A DNA stretch of 63,870 bases, counting the filler, from Octopus bimaculoides (taxonomy: Eukaryota), in NCBI RefSeq assembly GCF_001194135.2. It is 5 parts of 5 records of this genome, joined end to end, with 100 filler letters (N's around TTAATTAATTAA, not from the genome) between each part and the next. Parts side by side here need not be neighbours in the genome. Positions count along the whole stretch, not along the records: positions 29,578 to 46,371 come from NC_068997.1; positions 46,472 to 51,856 come from NC_069006.1; positions 51,957 to 63,870 come from NC_068996.1; 2 more parts are not named here. The stretch is one strand, 5' to 3'. A program made the translations under genes and the position numbers. The notes under the pieces were generated by a model, which was given only the letters and a program-made list of their open reading frames with translations, did no database searches and was not told the origin of the DNA. Positions 38,409 to 52,345 of this stretch are shown here, one piece after another. Position 1 is the stretch's first letter, and each line of letters starts with the position of its first letter.

Positions 38409-39352
38409 NNNNNNNNNNNNNNNNNNNNNNNNNNNNNNNNNNNNNNNNNNNNNNNNNNNNNNNNNNNNNNNNNNNNNNNNNNNNNNNNNNNNNNNNNNNN
38501 NNNNNNNNNNNNNNNNNNNNNNNNNNNNNNNNNNNNNNNNNNNNNNNNNNNNNNNNNNNNNNNNNNNNNNNNNNNNNNNNNNNNNNNNNNNNNNNNNNNN
38601 NNNNNNNNNNNNNNNNNNNNNNNNNNNNNNNNNNNNNNNNNNNNNNNNNNNNNNNNNNNNNNNNNNNNNNNNNNNNNNNNNNNNNNNNNNNNNNNNNNNN
38701 NNNNNNNNNNNNNNNNNNNNNNNNNNNNNNNNNNNNNNNNNNNNNNNNNNNNNNNNNNNNNNNNNNNNNNNNNNNNNNNNNNNNNNNNNNNNNNNNNNNN
38801 NNNNNNNNNNNNNNNNNNNNNNNNNNNNNNNNNNNNNNNNNNNNNNNNNNNNNNNNNNNNNNNNNNNNNNNNNNNNNNNNNNNNNNNNNNNNNNNNNNNN
38901 NNNNNNNNNNNNNNNNNNNNNNNNNNNNNNNNNNNNNNNNNNNNNNNNNNNNNNNNNNNNNNNNNNNNNNNNNNNNNNNNNNNNNNNNNNNNNNNNNNNN
39001 NNNNNNNNNNNNNNNNNNNNNNNNNNNNNNNNNNNNNNNNNNNNNNNNNNNNNNNNNNNNNNNNNNNNNNNNNNNNNNNNNNNNNNNNNNNNNNNNNNNN
39101 NNNNNNNNNNNNNNNNNNNNNNNNNNNNNNNNNNNNNNNNNNNNNNNNNNNGAGAGAGACAGAAAGAGAGAGGAACAGACTATGTACAAGTATGTAACAT
39201 AGCTATTTATATATTTTGGCACACACATTTATATGTATAACTAGATACATATATATATATATAGTATTATATATCAGTTTATTCTGTATCAATATATGCA
39301 TATGGATAAATTACATATGTATATATATGCGTGAGAGACATGGACTCTGTGT

Positions 39353-39398
<46 letters not shown>

Positions 39399-39729
39399 GT
39401 ATTTTGGTGGGCGCGTGTGAGTGGATGGTTATTTGTTTATTCGTATGGGTATGCATGTGTTTCTGTAATACGTAATACTTATTTCTGTTTCATCTCCAAT
39501 AAACACAAGGTGAGAAGTAATATCTTAACTCTCTGTCAACCTGAATGGTTATTGATACTGAGACCTTCACATTTATTATGAACACACACACACAGACACA
39601 CACACACACACATATATATATACACAAACACACATATATACACACACATACATATATAAACAAACGCAATTGTGCGCGCGCACACCCATTCACACACACT
39701 CACTCTGTCAGTCTCACACACAACTATAA

Positions 39730-39770
<41 letters not shown>

Positions 39771-40879
39771 NNNNNNNNNNNNNNNNNNNNNNNNNNNNNN
39801 NNNNNNNNNNNNNNNNNNNNNNNNNNNNNNNNNNNNNNNNNNNNNNNNNNNNNNNNNNNNNNNNNNNNNNNNNNNNNNNNNNNNNNNNNNNNNNNNNNNN
39901 NNNNNNNNNNNNNNNNNNNNNNNNNNNNNNNNNNNNNNNNNNNNNNNNNNNNNNNNNNNNNNNNNNNNNNNNNNNNNNNNNNNNNNNNNNNNNNNNNNNN
40001 NNNNNNNNNNNNNNNNNNNNNNNNNNNNNNNNNNNNNNNNNNNNNNNNNNNNNNNNNNNNNNNNNNNNNNNNNNNNNNNNNNNNNNNNNNNNNNNNNNNN
40101 NNNNNNNNNNNNNNNNNNNNNNNNNNNNNNNNNNNNNNNNNNNNNNNNNNNNNNNNNNNNNNNNNNNNNNNNNNNNNNNNNNNNNNNNNNNNNNNNNNNN
40201 NNNNNNNNNNNNNNNNNNNNNNNNNNNNNNNNNNNNNNNNNNNNNNNNNNNNNNNTCCATGTCTCTTCATTTGACGCCCACTTCAAAAGTCCCCTTTATT
40301 CAAAACATATATTAAAAAACATATTTTCGCTTGTCCAGCCATTGATCGAGACATAAAACACAAACCACCGCCTGCAGACAGTAAAACTCCCGTCAAATTA
40401 GCCGCAAAAACACATGCACACATACACTCACACACGTCCATTTCATGCCTTTCACTTTCTCTATGATTATACACATGTCCAATACAATAGCTCTCTCATA
40501 CATTTTCGTCTTCAACAGGTATGTATCTATTCTATAATATAAATTGTTTTCCTATAAGACTATAACAATTACTTATTCCATACTTCTTCACTTAGCTTTC
40601 ATTTTCACTTTTCTTAAATTGGATATGTCTGCTATTAATTCTTACATACAATTTCCCCGTTAATTGTTACAGCTTCATTTTCTGTTAAAGCAATTCTTAA
40701 CGTCAACTTCTTAATGCCTCTTCTATATTTTCCTAGCCCCCATACTTACCGAGAAAAGCAATTAAAACTTTTTCTAATGCTTCGTTTCCCTGAAATAAAT
40801 GACAAAGTTTCTCTAAAGATCTGTTATTTCAAACATGAAACCTCCCAAGTAACAATTAAATCTTGAAGTACCAACGTTT

Positions 40880-41022
40880 GCCTATGCTTACTAATTCCAC
40901 TCACAAGTCATTGGCCTGTCCAAGTCTTGAGTAGAAGTCACTTCGCCAAGGTGCCACTCAGTGGGACTGAACCTGGAACTATTTGGCTGGGAAGCTAGCT
41001 TCTTATCCCACCTGCGCCTGTA
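40880..41022 (-). mobile_element. SINE family A 5' half
   Basis: aattccactcacaag...ccaaggtgccactcagtgggactgaacctggaac. Confidence 0.75.
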
Positions 41023-41023
41023 A

Positions 41024-41103
<80 letters not shown>

Positions 41104-42071
41104 AAGTATGTATGAGGAGGCTCTTGTCGGATGGCTTCATCTGCGAGAAACAGTAGTCAAATACCGCTCAATATCACTGAAAATAAAGTGACTGTGGATA
41201 TTGTAGTCCTAGATATAGACTTGAGGAGAATGATAGAACGCTTTTAATCATATATAACTGCTTCATCAGTGCCAAACTGGGAACAAGAGGCAGCAACATC
41301 AAAATTTGCAAACGCATGTCTTTAGATAATATGCTATTTATAAACCCGAAAAACAGCGCCACCATAACTATGCGAAAACAACAACAACAACAGCAACAAC
41401 AACAACCACAACAGTAACCGGCAGAAATGTCAGAGGTTATTTCCAAATATCTGCGAAATAATTAAAATATGTTTAAGAGACCACACCCTAAGAATGTAAG
41501 AGTCATTAGTTTAGAAATTAGTCGACCTACGGGCACGAAAAAGAAAAGAACTTTGTTCTGTTTAATGGTTATAATAAGACAGGACTGGTGCTGTGTTGTG
41601 AATTAAAAGTAGCGTTTTGGGGAACAACTGTGTAATTATTTAGCATCACACGTTTTAAAATCAGGTCTTTACAAGTGGTAATAGCTCTGCGGTATTTCAT
41701 GACAGAAATTGTTAAAACATAGCTCACACGCATACGCAGACATAGATAGAAAGGCAGATACACACACGCACTGACGTGTATACGTAATTCTAGCCGTACT
41801 TAGACATATACATGGATACACTGACGCGGAGATGTTCCAACTCTTAACAGAAAGAACACAATGAATTACTTCTATGTATCGTTGGAAGATGAGAGGGAAA
41901 AAACATTTCGTCACATGACAAGTTTTTATATATTAATATATTGTCTTGGGTAAAAACCAAAAGATCTCAGTGGGAATAGAAACATTTAATTTCTGGCAGA
42001 GGGAGAAAAAAAAATAATGTGTCAAACGATGATTTTGCGTAAATAGATTTTTTTTTTAATTCATCATCATC

Positions 42072-42114
<43 letters not shown>

Positions 42115-45100
42115 CCATCATCATCAGTATTCTTGCAAATAGAGGTTACACTGAAAGGTTGAACATTCGAAGTATTTTCTTGTGTACATGCGTGGCCAAC
42201 CTACCGATCTCTTTTAAAAGTGCCTCGCTTATTTTCTTTTCTTTTCTTTTCTTTTCTTTTCTTTTTTTTTTGTTGTTTTGTTTTCGAAGTCTACTGAGAA
42301 ACTGCGNNNNNNNNNNAACTGCGTATTATTAATTCACTTAAAATGCCATCTTTTTTTTTTTTAATGCATTCAATACAAATATGGCTTCCCTACAGAACAG
42401 TGTAGATTTTTACTAATTGCTGATAAAGTTGTTTTCCAGTTATGTATGGTTTTCACGAAGAACATGAATGACGTCATATTTTTAAAACCCATCTATGTGC
42501 TGGACTTCCTACAATCATCCTCTTTCCTCTCTTTGCGCGTGTGTGGTGTGGTGTGCGCGCGCACGCACGCGTAACCATAAACTGACCCTGAGTGTGCAGT
42601 AACGTTCCAACCGTGACTTGCACGTTGTGTTGTTGTTTCTTTTATTTTTTATTTTCCAAGGTTAAATTTTTTTTCAGAAAATTTCTTCCTGAAGAGGATC
42701 GGGTTTAGATTACATGGTATTTAGCTGTTAATCCGAGCAGGTGCAGCGATCATGTAGAGCTTCCCTAGTTATCGCTGGGAATTTGTTGTTCCCGCGGTCA
42801 GCACTGATCAAGGAGACATAATATAAAATGTATTCCAAACGTGACTATCTCGTTCCACAGAAAAATTTATTGCTAGGACTATATTATTCACTGTTAATTA
42901 ATGTTCAAGACGGTAGGATGAAATAAGACTGAAAACTATTTATTGGAAGTTCAACAACACTATTCAGATTTTTGTTTTTCTTTTTCTTATTCCATAAAAA
43001 TTACTGGTGTCATTATTGTTTTTATTATTCAGCTCTGATCGAGCATAAGCTTAATGAAAAACCTTCCACTTATGGTTACATCGTCTTATTTTGAGGCATA
43101 AAGTAACTCAGACTATAGTTTAAAATGTGTCCGATTCTTTGTCATAGCTCGTATAAGCGTGATTTCAGAAAAATTTGGATGCTATATTTAGCAGGAACAA
43201 AGAGAGAGAGAAAGGCAAGAGGGAAAGAGAGGGGTTAATAGTGAGAGAGTGAGAAAGTAAGAGAGAGTGACTATGTATAGACTGTATGTTTTATTCCGTA
43301 CTCTTCCATTGAATAATGTAGTATCTAGTTGACCATGAATCAATATATGGAAGGTGAATTAGTATATAAGTTATTACATGCAGAGTTAATCGGAATCAGA
43401 AAACAGAATTTCGATCATCTTGCGCATAGAGTAGTAAATTTAGTAATCAAATGAATATTGATGTTCTTACACATATATCTCCATCACAAGGTTCAATCTA
43501 TGTACCAGTGTGACGGTTTGCGTGCCTTACGATTCCAAGAGAAAAGCTGGGGGGAGCAAGCCTCTAGTACAGTCTCCCATACTGAACAGGTCAAAGCACA
43601 GAGGCCAGGCTAACGCGAGCCTGAGGTGAATATGCGTTTGCGTATGAATAATACGCCTACCTAGAAAAAAATACTGAAAGTTACAGAAACAACAATGACT
43701 ATTCAAACTCAACAAGACCGAGCCCTCCCTCAAGGAAGCGACTTTCCACAAGAAGTGATGGGCATAAGTAAAGTAGGTACCCGTATCTCTATGGCAACCT
43801 AAATATTGCAGTTGAAATTATCACTGCTTACTTGCAATAGGTACAAGTCCAAAAATTTTGTAAAGAGGAAACAGTTGATTACATAAAAAAGTAGGTCCTT
43901 TATTTAGAGATCTTGAAACTGTGAAAAGAAATTTGAAAACGGCGGGATATGAATTGATAATGCAAAGAGTCGAATGTCTGAAAAGCATTTTTCCCAACGC
44001 TCTAACGATTCTAATATTCCACCGACCACCCTCATACTAGTGACGATAAAAAAAAAGAGAGAAAAAATCGTGCTTATTGTATAACGTACAACCTTCGTAG
44101 AATACGTAGAATATGTATTGGAACGCTGAAAGATTGCAGTTAACATTTGAAGATAAACAGCTTGCAGTTAACATTTATAAATGTCATTATACAGAAATTC
44201 TCAACGTGCATGGCTGAGCGTTTAGGGTATTCATGAGCAAGAGGTCATTATTTCACTTCCGGGACCTTGGAGTACGCTCTGCTCTTGGAGTGATGTATAT
44301 CTATCCACGTTACCCCGGTCCACTCAATTGAGTAACGGTGGGGCTCTGCAGCAGCACTCTTCTGTCACATCATTGATATACATTTGGATCAAGGTGGAGG
44401 GGTCATTATTGTGCCGATGTCTGTGGTGACTACATAGGCATGTAAAAAATATGCGGTTTATAGCTGAATGTTTTATTCTTTATGAAATTTATATACGTAA
44501 TTAAAAGTGTACTTTATTAAACCTTATACCACCCAAATACATTTCATGATTATTCCTCTAATCATGCTTTTTATCCTCTAAAAATATAGAATTTATATTT
44601 TCTGCTGCTGCAATAATTTTTTCAGTAACTTCTGCAAATATCGTGTTCATATCCGAAGTGATGTTTGATGAAATAAGTAAGAAAACAATTAACAAAATGT
44701 GAAATATTGTCTTTGTAAATTATGTTGCAAAGCGTGAAAACGTTTTCTGCTATTTTCAGTGGATGCATCCATTTTCTGCATTCAAAGGATTAGAGAAGTC
44801 ATTATATAATTTCATTATATAAATCCTTGTAACAGGCGAAAGAATATAATTGGCACATTGTGCCATAAGTTAGAAGTCCAAAACTTGAACAGAATTCAGT
44901 GGTGAGTGAGAATGGCCTTCAGAAATTATAAGTTGGCCAAACAACAGATCAGATTTTTCATCACTGAGATGTTCGAAGAATTCATCATTAATTGCATACG
45001 AGTGAGGTAGATTCGAACTAGAAGCATTTATTTCGTAACAAGAAGCAATGAATGTATTTCCTACACTAACTACTCTGATTTTTGTGTTACGTGTTTTTTG

Positions 45101-45156
45101 TCGTTATCCGGACAGTAGAGATACAATCATGACAACCGACATATTTAAACAAGCAA

Positions 45157-45197
45157 GACGACGAGGACGACGACGACGGTGGTGGTGGTGGTGATGG

Positions 45198-45230
<33 letters not shown>

Positions 45231-45456
45231 CGATGGTGATGATGATGATGATGATGATGATGATGACGATGACGATGACGATGGTGATGATGATGATGCC
45301 GATGACGACGTCGACGACGACGACGACATCAATGACGACATCGATGACAACGTCGACGATGATGATGATTATGATAAATGAATGAGAATTGCTATGACGA
45401 CGACAATTATTAAGAAGACGACGACGACGACGACGATGATGATGGTGGTGGTGGCC
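45157..45456. repeat. (GAT/GAC/GGT)n compound trinucleotide repeat
   Basis: Direct reading of the sequence. Confidence 0.95.
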
Positions 45457-45806
45457 CTAACCATGAACAGAACTATGGTGACTTTATTGTGTAAGACACA
45501 AGACACATTTTAGCCTGTTTCTAAGAACTATTTCAAAAAGAGAACAAACGACAGGCGGCAAGTATATTAAATGACATCTCTTAACTGGGCGTGTAGATAC
45601 TAATTTAGATTAATGTCACGTGGAATCTGGAGCAATTTAACGACTGCTAATTTTATAGTTCTCTCAAATCTCAAAGTAGCGCATTGTGAAACATTTTTCT
45701 TCTGTTTTTGCTAATGTTCTTTGTGTGACTGTTCATTTGCTTTTTAGCGTTATGTTTAAAATATGCTGACTCTCTTGTCTTCCTCTATTTAACACACACA
45801 CACACA

Positions 45807-45858
<52 letters not shown>

Positions 45859-45868
45859 NNNNNNNNNN

Positions 45869-45929
<61 letters not shown>

Positions 45930-46225
45930 AATATATATACAAATGTACGTAACGTGTCACCCCACACGCTCACATTCACACTCGCATCTGTGTATGAACT
46001 GTGTGCGTACGCGCGGATGCCTATGTATATGTATGTGTAAAAGTATGTACTGTTCTATAGAATGTAGGGCGCGAAAGAATGCCTGCGCGAGTACAATACG
46101 TGTATGCTTATGTGATTGTGTACGAATGTGTCTATCTATCTATCTAGCTAGCTAGCTATCAATCTATCTATCTATATCTATCTATCTATTTCTCGATACA
46201 CTCACACACGCACAAGAGCACACAG

Positions 46226-46258
<33 letters not shown>

Positions 46259-46339
46259 TGTATACATATTCATATACTCATTCACATACATATATATGTA
46301 TATACATATATCTATATACATACATACATACATACATAG

Positions 46340-46371
<32 letters not shown>

Positions 46372-46471
46372 NNNNNNNNNNNNNNNNNNNNNNNNNNNNN
46401 NNNNNNNNNNNNNNNTTAATTAATTAANNNNNNNNNNNNNNNNNNNNNNNNNNNNNNNNNNNNNNNNNNNN

Positions 46472-46504
<33 letters not shown>

Positions 46505-46527
46505 TACATATGTATATATTATATATG

Positions 46528-46653
46528 ACAAGCTTCTTTCAGTTTCCATCTACCAAATCCACTCACATGGTTTAGTTGGCTAATGTAGAAAACACTTGCC
46601 CACAGTGGGATTGATCCAGGAACCATGTGGTTGGGAAGCAAACTTCTTGCCAC
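46528..46653 (-). mobile_element. SINE family A 5' half
   Basis: cttctttcagtttccatctaccaaatccactcac...aaccatgtggttgggaagcaaacttctt. Confidence 0.8.
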
Positions 46654-47035
46654 TATGAGACCATGAACACTTTGAAATTATATATGATTATATAAACCAT
46701 TTTGAATATTACTTTAGCAAGCTTAACGTGATTTCTTGTGTGCCCTAAACCATTTAGGCATACTGTATCTAGGAGTACATTGCGATTAAAACCTGTAGAT
46801 GCCCTAAGCACTTAAAAGATAATTTGGTGCCCACCTCCCTTATATATATGTAATTCAAAATATAATAAAATATAAACCATAAAATAAATTGTTATTTTTC
46901 AAAATGAGACAAAACTAACAGAAAGATGGAAAATAAATTGTTATTTTTGTATCCTTCCACTTTATTTATATTTGAAGTTTTCTCCTTTCTTTTAATTGCA
47001 AAGTCTTTGATCAAATCCTCACTATGACACCATGA

Positions 47036-47419
47036 GTGAAGGCACAATGGCCCAGTGGTCAGGGCAGTGGACTCGTGGTCATAAGATTACAGTTTCAATT
47101 CCAGACCGAGCGTTGTGAGTGTTTATTGAGCGAAAACACCTAAAGCTCCACGAGGCTCCAGCAAGGGATCGTGGTGAACCCTGCTGTACTCTTTCACCAC
47201 AACTTTCTCTCACTCTTTCTTCCTGTTTCTGTTGTGCCTGTATTTCAAAGGGACCAGCCTTGTCACACTCTGCATCACGCTGAATCTCTCCCGAGAACTA
47301 CATTTAGAGTACATATATCTGTGGAGCACTCAGCCACTTGCACGTTAATTTCATGAGCAGGCTGTTCTGTTGATCAGATCAGCTGGAACCCTCATCATCG
47401 TAACTGACGGAGTGCTATG
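47036..47419 (+). mobile_element. SINE family C, full length, with 13-bp TSD
   Basis: tRNA-like head ggcacaatggcccagtggtcagggcagtggactc...gtttcaattcc, tail catcgtaactgacggagtgc. TSD tatgacaccatga at 47023-47035 and 47420-47432. Confidence 0.85.
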
Positions 47420-48240
47420 TATGACACCATGAACACTTTGAAATTATATTTCCGATCATATAAACCACTTCGAATATTACTTTAGCAAGTTTAAAGAGAT
47501 TTCTTTTGTGCTGTAAACCATTTACCATTTCTGTGGTGTGCCATTCTTCCCTCGATACCCTAACCACGTGCTTATTTTGCTTAATGGTTAATCCAGCGCT
47601 GGGTAGCAACCAAATATTTGGCCCTGGTTTAATACTGCTGTGAAACATCGTGGATGTGAATGAAAATTCTATAAGAGAAGACAAGACAAAAACAGGAAAG
47701 CACGTGGGCTGGACATGTCTGATAGGAATGGCTTCCACTTAAACAAGAATTTATTTTTAGCAAAGTAAGCAGAAAAAAAGAGAAGGAAAAACAGTAAAAC
47801 AAAAAATATATAGAAAGTATAATAAAATAAAATAAAAACAAAGACTGCAAACCTGTTTAGTGGATGTAGCTGGGGGNNNNNNNNNNNNNNNNNNNNNNNN
47901 NNNNNNNNNNNNNNNNNNNNNNNNNNNNNNGGGGGGGGGGGGTAAGAGAGGGGTGTAAGAGAGGGGGGATGAATTGAAATACAAATAATGAAGAAAAAAT
48001 TAGGATAGCCGGGTCAAAGGTGAAAATTATATAAATTCTGTTTGTGTGTATGTATGTGAATGTGTGTGTATGTGTGTGTAGTGTGTTGCTGTGTGTGCGT
48101 GTGTGTGTGTGTGTGTGTGCATATACATTTGTGTAGGGGTGTATGTATGTGTGGTGTGTTGCAGTGTCTGTGTGTGTGTATATATACATTTGTGTAAGGG
48201 TTGTAGTGTGTGTGTGTTGCTGTGTGTGTGCGCATACAGT

Positions 48241-48322
48241 GGTGGTGGTGGTGGTGGTGGTAGTAGTAATAGTGGTGGTGGTGGTGGTGGTGGTGGTGGT
48301 AGTAGTAGTAGTGGTGGTGGTG

Positions 48323-48363
<41 letters not shown>

Positions 48364-48528
48364 GGTGGTTGTGGTAGTAGNNNNNNNNNNNNNNNNNNNN
48401 NNNNNNNNNNNNNNNNNNNNNNNNNNNNNNNNNNNNNNAGTGGTGGTGGTGGTGGTGGTGGTAGTAGTAGTAGTGGTGGTGGTGGTGGTTGTGGTAGTAG
48501 TAGTAGTAGTAGTAATAGTAGTAGTAGT
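48241..48528. repeat. (GGT)n(AGT)n compound microsatellite
   Basis: Direct reading of the sequence; contains an N-gap. Confidence 0.95.
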
Positions 48529-48720
48529 GTGTGTGTGTGAGTGTGTTTTTGTGAGTATGTGTTTTTGTGTGTGTGTGTGAGTTTGTGTTTGTGTGCGTGA
48601 GTGTGGTGTGTCAGTGTATGTATGTATGTATATGTGTGTGTGTGTGTTTGTGAGGGAATTAGGTCATCTCTTTCTTTCCATCCAATATTAATTACACAGT
48701 GAGATGACGCAACAGCTTAA

Positions 48721-49735
48721 CGATGTTGGCCACTGGTTCAGGATATCATGTCCAAAGCCACCATCACCACCTCACCGCCACTACCACCTCAACACCACCA
48801 CCTCAACAAGAGTGGTTGGATCTACCTCAATGCCATAGCAACCGCCCTCACACCATCTTGCCTGGTTTTGGGTGTCCTCCTTTCTCAAGCCAACCTTCCC
48901 AATCTCCTCCTCCACCCATCCCTTCCATGTTTTCTTTAGTCGACCTCACTTTCGCTGTCCATTCACCTCAAACTCAAGCACCCTCCTTAGAACATGCTCC
49001 TCATCCCTCCTCAACACATGTCCATACCACCACACTCCATTTGCCCTTGCCAGCCATTCCACCGATTCCTCCAACCCCAGCATCCCCGTCAAGTCCTCAG
49101 TCCTCCTCTTATCAAACAGCTTCACTCCACACATTCCTCTCACCATTGCTCTCTCGGTCCTTCTCAAAATTGCTGTCTCTCTCTCCCTCGGACACCCATG
49201 TCTCACTCTCATAGCTCTCATGCAACTCTTATAGACCCTTCCTTTCATCTTCAAGAACCTTTTCCCATATAACAACTCTCCACATTCCTTGAACTTCACC
49301 CAGCCAAGTCTTGCTCTTGCTGTCACAGATGCTTCACATCTACCTTATCTCCCAAATAACAAACCCTCTCACCGTCTCCACCCTGTCACATAGTGTTTCC
49401 ACTGACTTCGCCAGCCCTCCAGCTCCTTTCTCACATCTTCCACAGACAAACTCTCTTGCCAGTCTTGGGGTCACCTTCTTCATTTTCGTACATCTACCAT
49501 GAATCCATTTCTCACATCTCGTACACAACACCGCATTTGCCATTACCCTCCTCCCACATAGATGTACCTTACTCACACTTCTCCTTCCACCCCGCTCACC
49601 ATCACCTTTGTCTTCCCAAGGTTTACCTTCAAACCCTTGCTTTCAAATGCCTCCTTCCATTTCCGAAACTGCTCCTTCAATCCCTCCATTGTCTCACTCA
49701 TCAGAACAAAGTCATTCGCATACAGTATCTCTATT
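48721..49735 (-). mobile_element. RTE-clade LINE 3' part (RT end, PHD-like finger, thumb region), decayed
   Basis: EILYANDFVLMSETMEGL...KGLKVNLGKTKVMV; CGRRVMANAVLCTRCEKWIHGRC...FVCGRC; ARARLGWVKFKE...KGRVYKSC...ERAMVRGMCGV...WYGHVLRRDEEHVLRRVLEFEV. Confidence 0.9.
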
Positions 49736-49820
49736 AGTAATCCATGGTTGAGTGCATGAGTAACACCTTATAGCTTCAGAATGTTTTTCCCAAATACATT
49801 TCACTTCATGTAACCTATGT

Positions 49821-50030
49821 GGAAGTACATGGCTAAGTGGTTAGGGTGTTGAACTCATGATTGTAAGATTGTGGTTTCAATTCCTGGACCAGGCAATGCA
49901 TTGTGCTTTTGGACAAAGCACTTCATTTCACATTGCACTTGACCACTGAGCTGATAAAAACAAGTAATTCTGCAAGATGGACCAGCATCCCATCCAGGGA
50001 GAAATATATATTCCAAAAAAACTGGCCCTG
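49821..50030 (+). mobile_element. tRNA-derived CORE-like SINE (family D)
   Basis: tggctaagtggttagg...ggtttcaattcctgg...ttggacaaagcacttcatttcacattgc...gcatcccatccaggg. Confidence 0.75.
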
Positions 50031-50057
50031 TACATTTTACAGAATAACATGGACTAA

Positions 50058-50270
50058 GGCGGTGAGCTGGCAGAAACGTTAACACGCTGGGCAAAATGCT
50101 TAGCGGTATTTCATCTGCCACTACGTTCTGAGTTCAAATTCCACAGAGGTCAACTTTGCCTTTCATCTTTTCGGGGCCGATTAAATAAGTACCAGTTATG
50201 CATGGTGGTCGATATAATCAACTTAATCCCTTTGTCTGTCCTTGTTTGTCCCCTCTATGTTTAGCCCCTT
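50058..50270 (+). mobile_element. SINE family B, full length
   Basis: ggcggtgagctggcagaaacgttaacacg...acgttctgagttcaaattcc..gaggtcaactttgcctttcatc..tcgggg..gattaaataagtaccag. Confidence 0.9.
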
Positions 50271-50999
50271 GTTTTTGTTCTAATAGATTTTTAGTGCCCT
50301 TCCCCTCAAAAGCTGGCCTATTGAGAAAAAAATATATCAGGTTAAGAGTCAAAGAACTCGTCATGTGACTGATTGTACTGGATCACATATCGCTTGTAGG
50401 TATCATAGATATTCGATGATCATAAATATATACAACATTAATAATAATGCATACAAATGTGTGTGTGTGTGTGTATGTGTTTATATCGGCTGGAAAAAAA
50501 ACATAGAAAGAGCTAGTCACCCCATTCATTGTANNNNNNNNNNNNNNNNNNNNNNNNNNNNNNNNNNNNNNNNNNNNNNNNNNNNNNNNNNNNNNNNNNN
50601 NNNNNNNNNNNNNNNNNNNNNNNNNNNNNNNNNNNNNNNNNNNNNNNNNNNNNNNNNNNNNNNNNNNNNNNNNNNNNNNNNNNNNNNNNNNNNNNNNNNN
50701 NNNNNNNNNNNNNNNNNNNNNNNNNNNNNNNNNNNNNNNNNNNNNNNNNNNNNNNNNNNNNNNNNNNNNNNNNNNNNNNNNNNNNNNNNNNNNNNNNNNN
50801 NNNNNNNNNNNNNNNNNNNNNNNNNNNNNNNNNNNNNNNNNNNNNNNNNNNNNNNNNNNNNNNNNNNNNNNNNNNNNNNNNNNNNNNNNNNNNNNNNNNN
50901 NNNNNNNNNNNNNNNNNNNNNNNNNNNNNNNNNNNNNNNNNNNNNNNNNNNNNNNNNNNNNNNNNNNNNNNATAAACTTTAATATAAATGGATATTAGT

Positions 51000-51387
51000 G
51001 TCAAAGCTTGCTTACGAACCACATGGTTCCGGGTTCAGTCCCACTGTGTCGCACCTTGGGCAAGTGTCTTCTACTATAGCCTCGGGCCGACCAAAGCCTT
51101 GTGAGTGGATTTGGTAGACAGAAACGGAAAGAAGCCCGTCGTATATATGTATATATATATATATGTGTATGTGTGTGTTTGTGTGTCTGTGTTTGCCACC
51201 CCCCCCCCAACATTGCTTGACAACCGATGCTAGCGTGTTTACGTCCCCGTAACTTAGTGGTTCAGCAAAAGAGACCGATAGAATAAGTACTAGGCTTACA
51301 AAGAATAAGTCCTGGGGTCGATTTGCTCGACTAAAGGTGATGCTCCAGCATGGCCGTAGTCAAATGACTGAAAGAAGTAAAAGAGTA
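51000..51387 (+). mobile_element. SINE family A, near full length
   Basis: Collinear with the copies at 53769 and 59702; tail aaatgactgaaagaagtaaaagag. Confidence 0.9.
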
Positions 51388-51814
51388 TATATATACTAGA
51401 CATAAGTTTCATAAACTACAAAATATAAACATCCACACTACCACACTTGAAATAAAACCGGTTGTAACTCTTATCTTGATTTGAATATATATGGTGTCTA
51501 GAATGCCCAAACTTCTTTCTGAAAATGTGCTAAGCACTGATGCTGATCATAGTTTAATCAATAAGNNNNNNNNNNAATATATACAACATTAATAATAATG
51601 CATACAAATGTGTGTGTGTGTGTGTATGTGTTTATATCGGCTGGAAAAAAAACATAGAAAGAGCTAGTCACCCCATTCATTGTAGCATTAATATCTTGTG
51701 TGGAATTAATGTTTTCTATTACGCCATAAAGATTATTCAAGTGGAACAACTAATGTTTTGACATTTCTTGTTCCCAGGTACGTAATACACCCAGTATACA
51801 CTCATATATATGTT

Positions 51815-51856
<42 letters not shown>

Positions 51857-51956
51857 NNNNNNNNNNNNNNNNNNNNNNNNNNNNNNNNNNNNNNNNNNNN
51901 TTAATTAATTAANNNNNNNNNNNNNNNNNNNNNNNNNNNNNNNNNNNNNNNNNNNN

Positions 51957-52345
51957 AATACGGGTGACTAGGCTGTAGCCAACACTGCCAGATATTTTGA
52001 GCATCTCTGCAGTGATTCCTGATGGGCCGGGAGCTTTCCCTGTCTTCATACTCTTAATTGCTTTATCTACCCTGGTACTGTCAACTCGGATAGCTGGTCC
52101 CTCTGTTGGGTTGACATACGGTAGGCTCTCTTTCTCCCATTCATTCTCTTTATTAAGCAATCTATCGTAGTGGCATCTCCAGACCTCTTTCTTTGCAGCC
52201 TCATTTAGTGCAAGCGTACCATCATCCATGCGCACACATTTCTCTCCTACAACATCACTATTCTCTCTCCTACACTGTCTTGCAACACAAAATACCTCGA
52301 GTCTTTGGTCCTCACGGCGCAGAACATTGGCACACAAGACTATAT
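51957..52345 (-). mobile_element. RTE-clade LINE fragment (endonuclease-RT linker / RT domain 0)
   Basis: KKEVWRCHYDRLLNKENEW...VDKAIKSMKTGKAPGPSGITAEMLK. Confidence 0.85.

Noticed and set aside
45087-45385. Poly-Ser, poly-Met and poly-Asp ORFs
   Set aside because: Pure trinucleotide repeat translation with no flanking coding or splice context. The same applies to the poly-Gly/Ser/Val ORFs at 48091-48580.
47036-47110. tRNA-like heads of SINEs (also 8737, 49821, 50058, 53769, 59702) as tRNA genes
   Set aside because: They have A- and B-box-like motifs but no closed cloverleaf, and each continues into a repeated SINE body.
50425-51684. Identical ~109-bp direct repeat (50425-50533 and 51576-51684)
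   Set aside because: Both copies abut N-gaps and are 100% identical, so this is most likely an unmerged contig overlap. The SINE between them may be an allelic presence/absence difference.
49735-51957. The two RTE fragments (48721-49735, 51957-52345) as one interrupted element
   Set aside because: Strand and order are compatible, but the intervening RT domains are not visible and no TSDs link the pieces, so they are left as separate fragments.
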